DNA of 64,000 nt from Nitrosopumilus sp. (GCA_965214775.1 OZ243974.1:768001-832000); one strand, 5' to 3'; counted from the first letter of the stretch, positions 31,222 to 42,302 are shown. The notes: generated by a model from the letters alone, not told the origin. Numbers and translations: made by a program.

Positions 31222-32343
31222 ATGGCAAAAGAAACAGACAAAAGCCTGTCAGAGGCCATGCGCAAAGAAAAGGATGCCAAAGTCTACAAGAAGATCATGG
31301 CGCTGATGTTTGTGCTAGAAGACGACGTGGGCGTGCCTGAGACTGCAAGAAGGGTCCGGTGCAGTGAGAATTCCGTGCGCAACTGGCTGGCGAGGTTTTC
31401 GGAGGACGGCATAGACGGTCTCCGGGATCTTCCCCGTTCCGGATGCAGGCCAAAGGTGGACAGGAAAAGTATTGCCGCCATAATGGACCTGTCCACTGCA
31501 TGCAAAAGTACCGACTCCATGACGGTACGCGATGACATAAGGGATGCCACCGGGATACAATACAGCATAGAGTATGTCCGGAGAATGATGCGCCGGCACG
31601 GCCTGTCGCGCCGCAAGGTGCAAAACATACATGTCAACCATGCCACCCCAAGCTCCGTATACTCGTGGCAACGGTATCTTGAAAACGTGCGTATTCCGTG
31701 CCTGAAAAACGACGGTTTTACGCTGGGTAGGAGTTTACCCCTCACCTGAGATACGGCGGGTCAGGCGTGATCATGAAGGTTCCAGACAGCAGGACGCCTA
31801 AGGGGTAAACTCGTACTTACGCTGGTGTCATCTGATGAGGCGTTCTTCGTGCAGGGCGCATATGACAGATACGTGTGGGATCCGATAGGCACCAGAAGCG
31901 TGGCATCGTATTCGGGGGACCACACAAAGGTGGCCATGTTTGGAAGCATCGCAGAAGACGGCAGAAGGCTGTTCAGGACGTTTACGGGATCCTTTACGTC
32001 GGTGCAGTTCATAGAATGTCTGGAGGCGTTGCGCGCCAAGTTTGGCAAGGTTGCCGTCTTTTGCGACAGGTGGAGTGTGCACAGATCTACTGATGTCGCA
32101 GAATATCTGGCCGACCATCCCGACGTCAGGCTGATAATGCTCCCGAAAGGATCGCCGTACCTCAATATCGTGGAAGAATGCTGGAACCTGGGCAAGCATT
32201 TTGTTTTCAGGGGGATAGTGTACAGAAGGATCAGCGAGCTACGACATGCCATATCCGAGTACTACAGGACGGTGTCGTTTGCCCACCTTAGCATGTACAA
32301 GTACATTTACAGATCGCCGGTCAAAGCCCTCAATTACTTGTGA
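31222..32343 (+). pseudogene. IS630 transposase split by a MITE
   Basis: Removing 99 bp (MITE plus one repeat) restores DGFTLVSSDEAFF; later DRWSVH and SPYLNIVEECW. Confidence 0.88.
31727..31816. mobile_element. 90-bp IS66-type MITE flanked by direct repeat TTACGCTGG
   Basis: GTAGGAGTTTACCCCT / AGGGGTAAACTCGTAC; repeats at 31718-31726 and 31817-31825; sister copy 40542-40632. Confidence 0.88.
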
Positions 32344-32390
32344 CCGTTGCTATAATGAATGCAGATCAAATAGAATTTGTGCCTAAAGTC

Positions 32391-32520
32391 GGGGTTGTCG
32401 CCTAATTCCATTTACTTGACTCAATCTGCACATTTTTTCTGAATTTCCGCCCTTTTGCACGCCTGATCCACTGGTATCTCAACGGTTTTTAGGAATTCTG
32501 GCAAATTAGGAAACAACCAC
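32391..32520. mobile_element. MITE family C, empty copy
   Basis: GGGGTTGTCGCCTAATT..AATTAGGAAACAACCAC. Confidence 0.8.
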
Positions 32521-32548
32521 GGCACCAATACCATTTGCCGCCCTATTC

Positions 32549-33949
32549 TCATTTTAGGATTACATCCAATGCGCGAACCACCGGATCGCCTGATGATGTA
32601 TCTGACGTGACCACGCCGTAGACGCCAACCTTGTCCTGTTTTGACATGGCGATGCTTCCATAGTGGTTGAGGAACTTGACTGCGTCAAATTCATGCGGCA
32701 GTTGGTTGACATCCAGCCTGAATTCTTGCAGGTTGTCGTCAGAATCCTTTTTGATGGAGGATACCAAACCCTCATAGTATACGACGGAGCCTTCCAGGCT
32801 CTTTGAGTTTTCCTTGAGCAGATCATAAGGTATTTCCAGAGCTGCGTCCTTCAACATGACGGAATCCATTTGGGCAGGATTCCTTAGGACCTGCATGGAT
32901 GATGTACTTATGACAGGTATTTGCAACTGTGTTCCTTCACCTGCCAGTGATCCTTCCTGTTTAACACTAACTGTTTTATTCCCTGACTCGATTCGTGTTT
33001 TGCTGGACAAGTAATCCTTGTCTCTAATTTCCAGGCCCGTAATGGTGCCCACAGCCCGTACATAGTCACCTGCCAGCATCCTAGGACCGGCATAATTGAT
33101 TATGACAAAGGCATCACCGTCTTGTGGCATTAAATTGATTTTGTCTGCGCTTACAAGCAAGTCATACAGATTCGCATCACCGGACCTGTCTACGGCATCA
33201 AGCACGATGCCATCAATAAAGAGGTCGTCTCCAACGTGATCAAGGTTGCGTCTGACAAGCTGATCGTAGGATGTATCATACATGGGATTCACTCTTGCGT
33301 TGTCTAGCATCTTGGTAACTGCCACATTCAAGGAAACCGTCCCTTCTAGCACTGCTTTTTCCATGGCTCTTGCGTCGTTTAGCATCTTGGTAACTTCTGC
33401 CTTCTCCGAGCCCGATAACCGGCCCACCGTCATTGCGTGCAGTATCTTTTCTTCCATTCCCAGTAGCGTTTTGTCCTCTTTGGATTCCGACAGCCAGTCC
33501 GTCATTGTTACATAATCAATCAGTCCTTTGGCAGGTAATTTGTCTGAATCTGCTAGAAATATTCTAACAAAGTCAACGGGCGAGTCTTTTGCGACGACTT
33601 CTATCTTGGTACTCGTAGTAGAGTCCGCTCGTGTGGCATCCACGGCGGGGTTATCAATGTCATCCTCGATGTCGTTGATTGCCTCTATTCTTTGCCTCAA
33701 ATCGGCATTTTCCTTTTCCAGTTCTTGAATTTTTTGTGAATCATCAATGTGAATAATGCCTTGCTCAATCAGCAACTCCAATGCGTCAATAAATTCCGAG
33801 TCTGTAATTCTATCCTCTGCCCAAAATCCAGCTATGCTCTTGATCCATTCTGGGATTTCGTTGCCTTGAGAGTATGCAGTATCAAAACTGACACTGCCTA
33901 CAATAATAATTGCCACGATCAGCAGGACGGTTGCAAACACTCTCTTCAT
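32549..33949 (-). CDS. Exported protein: IPxWIK anchor-type domain, coiled coil, two OB-fold-like repeats
   Basis: Signal peptide; IPEWIKSIAGFWAEDRITDSEF; YDQLVRRNLDHVGD and YDLLKENSKSLEGS repeats. Confidence 0.75.
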   Translation of the reverse strand: MKRVFATVLLIVAIIIVGSVSFDTAYSQGNEIPEWIKSIAGFWAEDRITDSEFIDALELLIEQGIIHIDDSQKIQELEKENADLRQRIEAINDIEDDIDNPAVDATRADSTTSTKIEVVAKDSPVDFVRIFLADSDKLPAKGLIDYVTMTDWLSESKEDKTLLGMEEKILHAMTVGRLSGSEKAEVTKMLNDARAMEKAVLEGTVSLNVAVTKMLDNARVNPMYDTSYDQLVRRNLDHVGDDLFIDGIVLDAVDRSGDANLYDLLVSADKINLMPQDGDAFVIINYAGPRMLAGDYVRAVGTITGLEIRDKDYLSSKTRIESGNKTVSVKQEGSLAGEGTQLQIPVISTSSMQVLRNPAQMDSVMLKDAALEIPYDLLKENSKSLEGSVVYYEGLVSSIKKDSDDNLQEFRLDVNQLPHEFDAVKFLNHYGSIAMSKQDKVGVYGVVTSDTSSGDPVVRALDVILK

Positions 33950-34123
33950 GGTCTAGTATATGAAAATCATTTTGTCATATAAACCACGAGTTGGCCAGAA
34001 GAGACATGGTCCAAAGCCAAGCTCAATGCCCGTACGCTGCTTCTGGAGAAATGATCTATAACATCAGTTGAGTATGATTCAAAAAAAAAGAAAAAAGGGG
34101 TAGTTTGAACTAGTTTGTTTGTT

Positions 34124-37100
34124 TTAGCTTACGTTGATGGTCGTACTTAGCGGTGGTGATAGTGCCGTAGGATTGGTAACGGACTCCCAGACAAATGCAG
34201 TAGCAGTGTATGCTCCTGAATCGGCTGGAATCCATGACACGGCCGGGCTGAATGACTGACCTGGAGTCAGTTCACCATCAATCCATGACAGTGAGACTGT
34301 GACGCCGTTTGCATCCTGAATCTGTACCAGGTATGCAAATAGCTGCTCCTTGTCCTGGCCATTTGCCAAGTCGGCGCTGACCTGTACCTGTTGATCAACG
34401 GAAACAGAGTCTAACGTGTTTCCAAATGAGTCAACTGTCTTCAAGTTAGCAACTGGTGCTCTCTCGAGGGGCGGTACGACAGTGCCGATTAGCGAAGTGG
34501 CCTTGACATCAATACTGTCTCCAGTGTCGTATGGTTCAGGTAGCGTATAATCATCGTAACTTGCGGTGACTGTGTCACCTTCTGCGACTCTGAGTCTGTG
34601 GCCGGTTGATACGTCGGTAACCGTAAAGAATACGGTGCCTTCGAAGATTCCGGTTGCCTCGTTTGTCTCAGTTACGGTAAGACCAATACCTCCTGAATCG
34701 GAGTCAGACCATACATCTACCTCAAAGTTGTCGACTGCTTCTGGATCTAGGTTCATGTCTGGATCAATTATTCTTACAACACCTGTTCCGCTAGCTGGAT
34801 AGCTTGCCTCTAACCACTGGACTTCACCGATGTTCCATCTGACGAGTGCTGACGCAACTACAGTCTCCTTCTCTGAGAATTCAAAGGAGATGGAAAGTCC
34901 GTCATCGTCCCTGGCTGGCAACAGTCCATCAGTTGGACCGTTGCCCTCGGCGTCACGTGGATTTACATCATAGCCGGCATCATCGCCAGTCTCGGAATCG
35001 CCATCAGCATCATATCTGAAACCAGTAAGGATAACCTCACCGGTAAAGATACCTGTGTCGGTTCCGGTCTCGACTAGCTTGTACTGGTCAAGATCGGCGT
35101 CTCTGGTTGAGACCTTTATCGGGTCCAAGTCAGTGTCACCGATTTCGTCAACCAGGTCGCCGTCGAAGTTGTGGTCTGGGGCTACGATTGTGATGTATAC
35201 CTTGTCAGTCCATGTGTAGACTTTTTGATCAAGCTCTATGGTTGCACCGAAGTTCGAAGTGTAGACAGTCAGGTTGACGTCTTCGTCTTCGTCACCTACA
35301 TAGTCAGATCCGGATGGGCCCCAGTCAGTATACTCGAGGGCAATCTCTTCGCCCCTTTCTAACCTGTCACCAGCAAGTTCATCAGGAACCTCGATGACAA
35401 CCTGGAAGATACCAGTGCTGTCACCTGTTTCTCTAAAGTCTGTTGGTTCTGGGTCGAATTTGTCTGGCTCAACGCCACGGTCGCCCATGGAAGTTGTTGC
35501 CGCATCAGAGTCCCATTCGATCAGGTCCAGGTCATAGGTCTCGGCACCGTCATTGTCCAGATCCAAGTCTGGCTCAATGAGTGTCAGGATCATGTCTGAA
35601 CCGATGATGTAGACGGATTTGTCGGATTGCAATACGCCGTTTCTCAGGTCAAAGGTTGCAGAGTCAGTTACAGAGTTCTCATCGCCTGATGCATCAGTCG
35701 GGTCTGTGTATTCTACCTGGAGAATGTCTCCCTGCAGGATACAGAAGTCCTCACCCTGTGAGTAGGTATCATCGACATCAAACCTGTCTTCTGTGTTACC
35801 AAGGGCGTTATTCTCGCTGTCGACAAGGATTTCGTAAACAGAGTCGTTTGGACATTGGTTATCTGCAGGACCATCAGTGTATCTAAGAGTCAAGTCTAAC
35901 TCGTAAATGCCTGCGTCTGGTGCAATTTCGGAAATCGGACCAAATTCCCTGATGTTGTCTGCCGGATTAGGGTTATCATCACCGACATCAATCAGGCCAT
36001 CTTTTGGATCCGGACCGCCTGCATAACCGAGTACTACTGTTGAAGAACCTCTGGTAACAGAGACTTTAACAGGTCCTACTCCCTCGTCTGTAGTGGTAGC
36101 GATTGAATCTTCACCGGATGCGTTTACGTCAAAGTCTGGATCGTTGACTCGGATGTGTATTGTGAGATCACCGTTAGCAAGGTATTCGCCAGTGTCTAGA
36201 CCACGTGTACCTCCCATACCAGTTTGATGGATTGGGAATACTGATCTGCCATCTGGGTTTTGTGAATTGCTGTCAGCAAAGTCATCTGCGGTACCAAATG
36301 GTACTGGATAGACGGTTCTGTCCAGGCTGACAGAGCCGGTGTTGGCCCTAACGCCTGCCGAATCGCCTACCTCGATGATTTCGCCGGATGCGTCACGGAA
36401 GTCAACATAGTTGACCTCAATGTCAAGTCCTGTCGTAGTCTCTGGCTGTGTTGCATCTGGCCTACACCATTGGGATGGAATCTGGAAGTCACCAGTGAAA
36501 ATGCCTGTATCTGAACCAGTTTCCGCTAATGTGAATCCGGTAGCGCCAAGACCGTCAAAGTCTGCGCCTGTAGAACAGTCATTTCCATCAGTCCACTTGG
36601 CATCATCAAATGTGACATCAAGCAGTCTTCCCAGAGAACCAAATGCAAGGCCGTCTGGATTATCGTTTGATCTCTTCTCCAAATTACTGTGTACATCGTT
36701 ACCGACTTGGTCATTGTCTGCATCAAGTGATGCGTCAATGTCAACGACGGTATAGATTTCGAGCAGGTCAGAGTCCACGTTGAGATCCGCGTCCTCAAGC
36801 GTAATCACCACGGTATCAGCAACCTTGTAGGAATCCTGATTCAGTGACACGACGCCAGAGTGGCTCGGAGCTGGTTCCTGGTCAGATCGTACAGTAATAA
36901 CGCCATCTTCACCCAAGTCATTGTATGAGACTCTAGGTGAATCCTCGTCAGTAAGATCCTCAATTACGATGAAGGAGGGATCACTGGCGATGGTTGCAAG
37001 ACCAGAGTAAGTACCCTCGTCTAAGATGTTAAGCTGGTTGACCATGGCGTATTCAAGTTCGCCCTCAAAGGTGCTGGTATTGTCACCTGACTCTTCGGCC

Positions 37101-39061
37101 TCGATTCTGATTATTTGGTTTGCAACCCTTTCTCCGGCTTGCTCACCGTCATCAGTAAAACCAAATGAGAAGAAGTCGGTGACTATCGGATATTTACCGT
37201 CGATTTCAAACGTAGTACCTTCGCTCCAGGAATACTGTATGCCTACTGTACCACTTCCTACATCATTGGCCACAGCGCTAGACTGGGCGTCTGTTAGGAC
37301 TACCAGACCCTGTGGATCAGATACTTGGAAGCTGGCTATTGGACGATTGGTATCCGCAACACCCAGCAGACTGATCGTAATGTCGCCTGTAGTGTTAAGC
37401 GATCTGATGTCGTAGTTGAGTAGGTTGTATCCTTTGAAGTCAGTGCTCCAGTCCACGGTGTTTGATTCCATGACTGTGCCTTGCAGATCGCCTATTGTGG
37501 CTTTTGTATCAACGAGTATCGTTGTAATATCGGTAGAATCGATTAAAGTACTACCAGAATACGTGATGACTGCTCTGTCACTGAATGTTTCAATGTTGAC
37601 GTCTGGAGTGGCTAAGTTATTCGCACTATCACGTACCTCTACAGTAGCATTAGTATCGCCCTCGACTCCACCTTCACCTAACGTAAACGGATCACCAGTA
37701 CTAAGTGCTGGAATCAGTGATACGTTTGGATCAGATAGAATAAGATCCTCGTCTGCCCTGCTGTTCTTGTTTTGATCACCATCGACAATGACTACTGGAA
37801 TGGTCTCACCAGAGTTCCATGTATCGTCGACTGGTTGGATGACAACATCAGCAGTGTAAAATCCTGCCAGAACGGTTACTGGTGAATCGTTATAGCCTAC
37901 TGTCGCCGATGTTTGTCTTTTGGCATCATTGCTTATTGTGAGAATCGATGTGTCGGATTCGTCATACGTACCAAATACACCGCTGTTTGGTCCCTGTTCT
38001 GTGAGCGTTACAAGGTGTGTGATATCACCAATGGATATGTGAGCAGCATCACTGTTAGATTGAAGCTCCACAACATCAACATCAGTGCCCTGTGCATCAG
38101 GATCCAGCGTAAAGACCGCATCTTCCTGCATCAGGGATGCACCGGAAACGTCGGTAGTGACAAGAGCGCCACCATCGATGCCCGGCGAGTTGCCGCTTTG
38201 GTCAAAGACCTGGTAGTATGTTCCACCGTTTATGGCGTCCCAACTCCAAGAGTCCTCGTCTGTAGGATCGATGTTCAGCCAGGTGTCGGTAACGGTTGCG
38301 TGGACTTGTGAGCCCGGTGTGTATTTGCTACCGTCCATCATGATACCGGCAAAGCCGTCGACTGTGTCAAAGGTGAGCGAAGTCGACTGGACTCCGCCAC
38401 CGGCGTTGTACTGTACGACAACACTGCCTGTTGGGTTGAGATCATAAAGTTGGATTATGGGCCAAAATTTGTTTTTAAGGCCAATTTGACCCCGCTCAAC
38501 AGTAATGTTGTTATTATTGTCCATTCTTTCTGGATTGATTTCTTTTTCTCCTCTTAGTACGTTCATGATGTCACTACCAGCGAGTGCGCCTGTAGTCGTA
38601 CAGTCTGCAGTAGCATTACTGGGAATTGCAACACCATCAGCATCGGAAAATGAGACGCCACCAATTGTATCCTCATAACAGATTGTACCAAAGTCAAGTC
38701 CTTTACCAGGATATTCTACGGTATCATCTGCGTTTTCTGCCATTGTTTTTTCGGCAAAGTAGCCGTACCATTGGCCGTCAGTGGCCTGAACCATTCTCAA
38801 GTCCTGGCCGTTAACGGTAACGTCGGGCTCACCTTCGCTTTCATCGGTATCACGTAGGTCAGAATCACTAATGACTACCTCGATTACCTGAGGACCTGCC
38901 ATATAGTTCTCAAACTGTGAGTTTTCTGCGGAGACAACCAGGTTCTCGTTGGCAGCATATGCAGCCGGCATCATGCCAGGGACTGCAAATGTCATACCGC
39001 CGGCAACCATGATTGCCATCAATATTAAACTAGTTGTTTTTCTTTGTATTTCTTCATGCAT
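34124..39061 (-). CDS. slaA: Major S-layer protein (thaumarchaeal SlaA type)
   Basis: 1645 aa, very acidic; LVVSAENSQF..GPQVIEVV N-terminus, repeated ETGxxTGIFxG Ig-like motifs, C-terminal FVWESVTNPTALSPP. Confidence 0.9.
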   Translation of the reverse strand: MHEEIQRKTTSLILMAIMVAGGMTFAVPGMMPAAYAANENLVVSAENSQFENYMAGPQVIEVVISDSDLRDTDESEGEPDVTVNGQDLRMVQATDGQWYGYFAEKTMAENADDTVEYPGKGLDFGTICYEDTIGGVSFSDADGVAIPSNATADCTTTGALAGSDIMNVLRGEKEINPERMDNNNNITVERGQIGLKNKFWPIIQLYDLNPTGSVVVQYNAGGGVQSTSLTFDTVDGFAGIMMDGSKYTPGSQVHATVTDTWLNIDPTDEDSWSWDAINGGTYYQVFDQSGNSPGIDGGALVTTDVSGASLMQEDAVFTLDPDAQGTDVDVVELQSNSDAAHISIGDITHLVTLTEQGPNSGVFGTYDESDTSILTISNDAKRQTSATVGYNDSPVTVLAGFYTADVVIQPVDDTWNSGETIPVVIVDGDQNKNSRADEDLILSDPNVSLIPALSTGDPFTLGEGGVEGDTNATVEVRDSANNLATPDVNIETFSDRAVITYSGSTLIDSTDITTILVDTKATIGDLQGTVMESNTVDWSTDFKGYNLLNYDIRSLNTTGDITISLLGVADTNRPIASFQVSDPQGLVVLTDAQSSAVANDVGSGTVGIQYSWSEGTTFEIDGKYPIVTDFFSFGFTDDGEQAGERVANQIIRIEAEESGDNTSTFEGELEYAMVNQLNILDEGTYSGLATIASDPSFIVIEDLTDEDSPRVSYNDLGEDGVITVRSDQEPAPSHSGVVSLNQDSYKVADTVVITLEDADLNVDSDLLEIYTVVDIDASLDADNDQVGNDVHSNLEKRSNDNPDGLAFGSLGRLLDVTFDDAKWTDGNDCSTGADFDGLGATGFTLAETGSDTGIFTGDFQIPSQWCRPDATQPETTTGLDIEVNYVDFRDASGEIIEVGDSAGVRANTGSVSLDRTVYPVPFGTADDFADSNSQNPDGRSVFPIHQTGMGGTRGLDTGEYLANGDLTIHIRVNDPDFDVNASGEDSIATTTDEGVGPVKVSVTRGSSTVVLGYAGGPDPKDGLIDVGDDNPNPADNIREFGPISEIAPDAGIYELDLTLRYTDGPADNQCPNDSVYEILVDSENNALGNTEDRFDVDDTYSQGEDFCILQGDILQVEYTDPTDASGDENSVTDSATFDLRNGVLQSDKSVYIIGSDMILTLIEPDLDLDNDGAETYDLDLIEWDSDAATTSMGDRGVEPDKFDPEPTDFRETGDSTGIFQVVIEVPDELAGDRLERGEEIALEYTDWGPSGSDYVGDEDEDVNLTVYTSNFGATIELDQKVYTWTDKVYITIVAPDHNFDGDLVDEIGDTDLDPIKVSTRDADLDQYKLVETGTDTGIFTGEVILTGFRYDADGDSETGDDAGYDVNPRDAEGNGPTDGLLPARDDDGLSISFEFSEKETVVASALVRWNIGEVQWLEASYPASGTGVVRIIDPDMNLDPEAVDNFEVDVWSDSDSGGIGLTVTETNEATGIFEGTVFFTVTDVSTGHRLRVAEGDTVTASYDDYTLPEPYDTGDSIDVKATSLIGTVVPPLERAPVANLKTVDSFGNTLDSVSVDQQVQVSADLANGQDKEQLFAYLVQIQDANGVTVSLSWIDGELTPGQSFSPAVSWIPADSGAYTATAFVWESVTNPTALSPPLSTTINVS

Positions 39062-39089
39062 AGTTATTAATTATTAGTCAAAATCTTGG

Positions 39090-39097
39090 TTTATAAG
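39090..39097 (-). promoter_or_regulatory. TATA box of S-layer gene
   Basis: CTTATAAA on minus strand about 28 nt before ATG 39061. Confidence 0.6.
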
Positions 39098-39280
39098 CTA
39101 AATGGATCATTTGTCCATTTTCTTATTATGCCATATCTGCCTGCTTATAGCATCGACATTCTGGCCCCCGTCAAGTAGGAATGCCGATGCGTGAACTTTG
39201 TTCATGTTGTTCTTGGCGGGGGCATCAGATTACATTCCCATTGGTATTTGCAGGATATGAGGATGCCAAATGCTGCCCAT

Positions 39281-39421
39281 AGATATGATCCGAAATTAGA
39301 AGCTATGCGAGTTTTTCAAGCGATTTCACGGACAATTTTTACGTATTTTGTCGATATTTTGAGATATTTTACGCAGATTCGTTCACAGATGGTTCAGAAT
39401 TCGCTAATTTTGGGTCAACTG
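39281..39421. mobile_element. MITE family B copy
   Basis: Colinear with 23042-23178. Confidence 0.7.
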
Positions 39422-39473
39422 ACAAGTATTTTTGCAATGAAATCCACGGCTGCGTTGCCCGTCTTGTCACCAA

Positions 39474-39605
39474 GCAGTTGTCGCCTAATTCCATTTAATT
39501 GACTCAATCTGCCATGTTTCTTTTTTGAATTTCCTCCCTTTTGCACGCATTCCATGTGGCATCTCAACGGTTTTCAGGAATTCTGGTAAATTAGGAGACA
39601 ACCCA
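39474..39605. mobile_element. MITE family C copy (a further left end at ~39897-39936)
   Basis: GTTGTCGCCTAATTCC..AATTAGGAGACAACC. Confidence 0.75.
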
Positions 39606-39990
39606 CACAGGCACACGAAACGCGCCATACGCCCCCCACCATAAAATTCCAAGCACAAATTAAACTTCAAGCAAAAATTAAAACATTATTCCACCAACAA
39701 ATTCAATTTCATCGCTACATTCACACAAATTCAAATTCCAACAAAAATAAAAAAGCGTGCCCCGCCGTCATACAAATTACATTTTAAAATAAATTCAAAC
39801 GTCAAACTAAAAAATTATAATTTTTTCCTGGCATCTACTGCAAAAGATCAAACAGACATGAATTCAAGCTAGACAGACAACTGGTATGATGGTATGGGGG
39901 TTGTTTCCTAATTCCACTTGTTTGACTCAATCTCCCATATGAAATCGTACCTAATCCTACCGTGGACTCTTGCCAGCTTGATGTTCCAAA

Positions 39991-40269
39991 TCAGGACAAT
40001 GTTACTATGCGATGCATCCCCATATACTTTCTCTGCGTGAGAGTCTTGTTCTGAATGCGGTACTCTTCTCCGGTGGTCAGCATGTGCCAGATTATCTCCA
40101 GCATATGCCTTGCAACTGCAATCTTTGCCTTCTGCCATCCTCGTCTCTTTCTTATCCTTTCATATATAGAACCAAGTCTTGAGTCGTTTCGTACTGCTAC
40201 TGTGGCCGAGTTGATCATGTTATCACCTCCTTTTTGATCAAAATGCCTGATCCGGGCGGAATCTCCCAT
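39991..40269 (-). pseudogene. IS110-family transposase C-terminal fragment
   Basis: YERIRKRRGWQKAKIAVARHMLEIIWHMLTTGEEY. Confidence 0.75.
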
Positions 40270-40541
40270 TCACCGTCTGCGCGGTATATTGCTTTCCGCC
40301 TGCTGTTGTTGCAAGTCAGTCTGTTTGACACCCTTGTACATGGTAAGATTAAATCGACTCTCAGGCCCAGCAGTAATTGTATATCACAGGATACAGATAA
40401 GATTTCATATAGCGTCTGTTTGTTTGCATCGCAATTTATTTTGGCACCATCTGAATTTTGTTTTTGAGACACATATGGTTACACGTATACGATGATAATA
40501 ACGGACAGGAAAAAGTCCGGGGACGACAACAAGACGGTGGA

Positions 40542-40632
40542 GTACGAGTTTGCCCCTCACCTGAGATACGGCGTGGCAGGCGTGAACATGAGGACTCTGG
40601 ACAGCAGTGACGCCCAAGGGGTAAACTCGTAC
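40542..40632. mobile_element. IS66-type MITE, sister of 31727-31816
   Basis: GTACGAGTTTGCCCCT..AGGGGTAAACTCGTAC. Confidence 0.8.
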
Positions 40633-41080
40633 CGTCCAAATTTCCTGTTCACACCTGATTTTATGGAGGATCTGATGTTGTACTTTCGGATAGTCTCTCA
40701 GGATGCCTGTACCCCTAGCCTTCGGGCCGCACCAGATCCAGGGAGGCCCGTGGCATGTCATACTCGAAGCGAAAACGGCTGAGGAGATCGGTGCCAAACA
40801 GTGCAAAGGAGAATGGGTCTTTGATCTCCGGATCCGGTCTCAAGACTTGCATGTCGGCGTGTAGCACGATGGGTTCTGAAGCCTGATCGTCTTCGAATAT
40901 GAATTTCGTGTCATCCATCACGTATGTGTCCTGCCTGCCGCCTATCCCCGTGGTACCGGTGGGGTGTTTTTCCAGCAACGCAAAGTCAATTTTGTGGTCT
41001 TTGGCTGCACCCTGCAGCATGGTTGTACTATTTGCCCCCGTATCTACCAAGAATCTGGTCTTGATAAAATTACCGTCACG

Positions 41081-42217
41081 TAGTATCCTCGACTACCAAT
41101 TGATCACAAAAAGGACAATTTTTTTCAACCAAAGGATCTAAGAGCTATTAGTCCCATATATACACATGAAAGGAAAGAAGGAATTACCGACGGGAACAGC
41201 GTTCCTGTACGGGATAGCAAGCAAGGACGAGCTTTTTAGGATGCACAAGTCCGAGAAGGACGCCAAGGCGGCAATCCGGCTCCTTGCATACCACATGAGA
41301 AAGTGCGGCGCGAGCATATATGATATTGCCGAGAAGCTGAGCAGGCCGTATGGAACCGTACGATACTGGCTGGTGCGTGCGCACAAGCATGGCCTGGAGG
41401 GCAGGTTTGACATAAAGCATGGCGCCCCGTGCAGGCTCGACAAGAAACAGCTTGAACGGCTGCGCGCAGACCTGATCAAGGGCCCGGACAACTGCGGCTT
41501 TAAGGCCACAACATGGACAGGGCCGCTGGTCATTGCCCACGTCAAAAAGAAGTTCGGCATCACGTATGCAGAAACGAGCATGTACGACCTGCTGCACAGA
41601 ATCGGCTTCTCATGCAGAAAGCCCAGGCCAAAACACCCAAAATCAGCCTCAGAATCCGAGAAAAAGGAGTTCAAAAAAAAAGCTAGGCAGAGCGCAAAGT
41701 ACTATTCAAAAAAGGGGTACACGGTAATGATAGGCGACGAGTCCATGTTCATACTGGGATGGAACGTCAAGAACAGCTGGTACCCCGTAGGAGAGCCGGT
41801 CTATACGCCCGTCAGCCTGTCTAGGAAGCGGTTCTATGTCATAGGGGCCCTCTCAAGAAACAGGTTTGACTATCGCTTTTACGAAAAGGCCAACACGGGA
41901 ACGTTCTACAAGTTTCTCAGGACACTGCGCCGCAAGTACGGCAAGGTGTTGTTGTTTGTCGACAACGCATCGTACCACAAGTCAGCAGAACTCAATAGAA
42001 AGATGGCCAAGTGGAACGGGGACGTGGTGCTAAAGTACCTGCCGCCGTACGCGCCGGAGCTTAACAACTCGGAGGGGCAGTGGCGCGGGTTCAAAAAGGC
42101 GACTTCAAACTGCCTTTACAAGACCGTCAAGGAGATGCAGAGATCACTGCGCAGTATGACGCGCAGGGGCGAGATAAAGGTGGTAAAGATGAACAAATGG
42201 CTGACGTAGATACTACG
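41081..42217 (+). mobile_element. IS630-family element
   Basis: Short inverted ends CGTAGTATC / GATACTACG; excision of this interval restores the protease frame. Confidence 0.8.
41166..42209 (+). CDS. IS630-family transposase, intact single frame
   Basis: GDES, VDNASYHKS, LPPYAPELNNSE. Confidence 0.92.
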   Translation: MKGKKELPTGTAFLYGIASKDELFRMHKSEKDAKAAIRLLAYHMRKCGASIYDIAEKLSRPYGTVRYWLVRAHKHGLEGRFDIKHGAPCRLDKKQLERLRADLIKGPDNCGFKATTWTGPLVIAHVKKKFGITYAETSMYDLLHRIGFSCRKPRPKHPKSASESEKKEFKKKARQSAKYYSKKGYTVMIGDESMFILGWNVKNSWYPVGEPVYTPVSLSRKRFYVIGALSRNRFDYRFYEKANTGTFYKFLRTLRRKYGKVLLFVDNASYHKSAELNRKMAKWNGDVVLKYLPPYAPELNNSEGQWRGFKKATSNCLYKTVKEMQRSLRSMTRRGEIKVVKMNKWLT

Positions 42218-42302
42218 CAACAGCGGATGAGATACAAAGCCGTCAATCCAGACCAATCCGTCCTTCACGATTGTCCTCATGCCCACACGTCATCACATGC
42301 CG

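Larger units (their letters stand above)
31146..32352 (+). mobile_element. IS630-family element with TA duplication
   Basis: TA|TAGCAATGATCA .. TGACCGTTGCTA|TA. Confidence 0.88.
40715..42280 (-). pseudogene. Retropepsin-like (clan AA) aspartyl protease, 142 aa, split by IS630
   Basis: 42280-42218 joined to 41080-40715 gives MRTIVKDGLVWIDGFVSHPLL|RDGNFIKTRFLVDTGANST..TGIGG..ALFGTDLL. Confidence 0.8.

Noticed and set aside
39610-39830. A/C-skewed region with recurring AAATTC(A) words as a replication origin or array
   Set aside because: No regular period, no ORB-like G-string and no cdc6/orc1 nearby
39991-40480. Active IS110 with bridge RNA
   Set aside because: Only a C-terminal fragment remains; no DEDD domain and no convincing structured non-coding end
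41670-41685. Programmed frameshift at the A-run in the IS630 transposase
   Set aside because: The ORF reads through in a single frame
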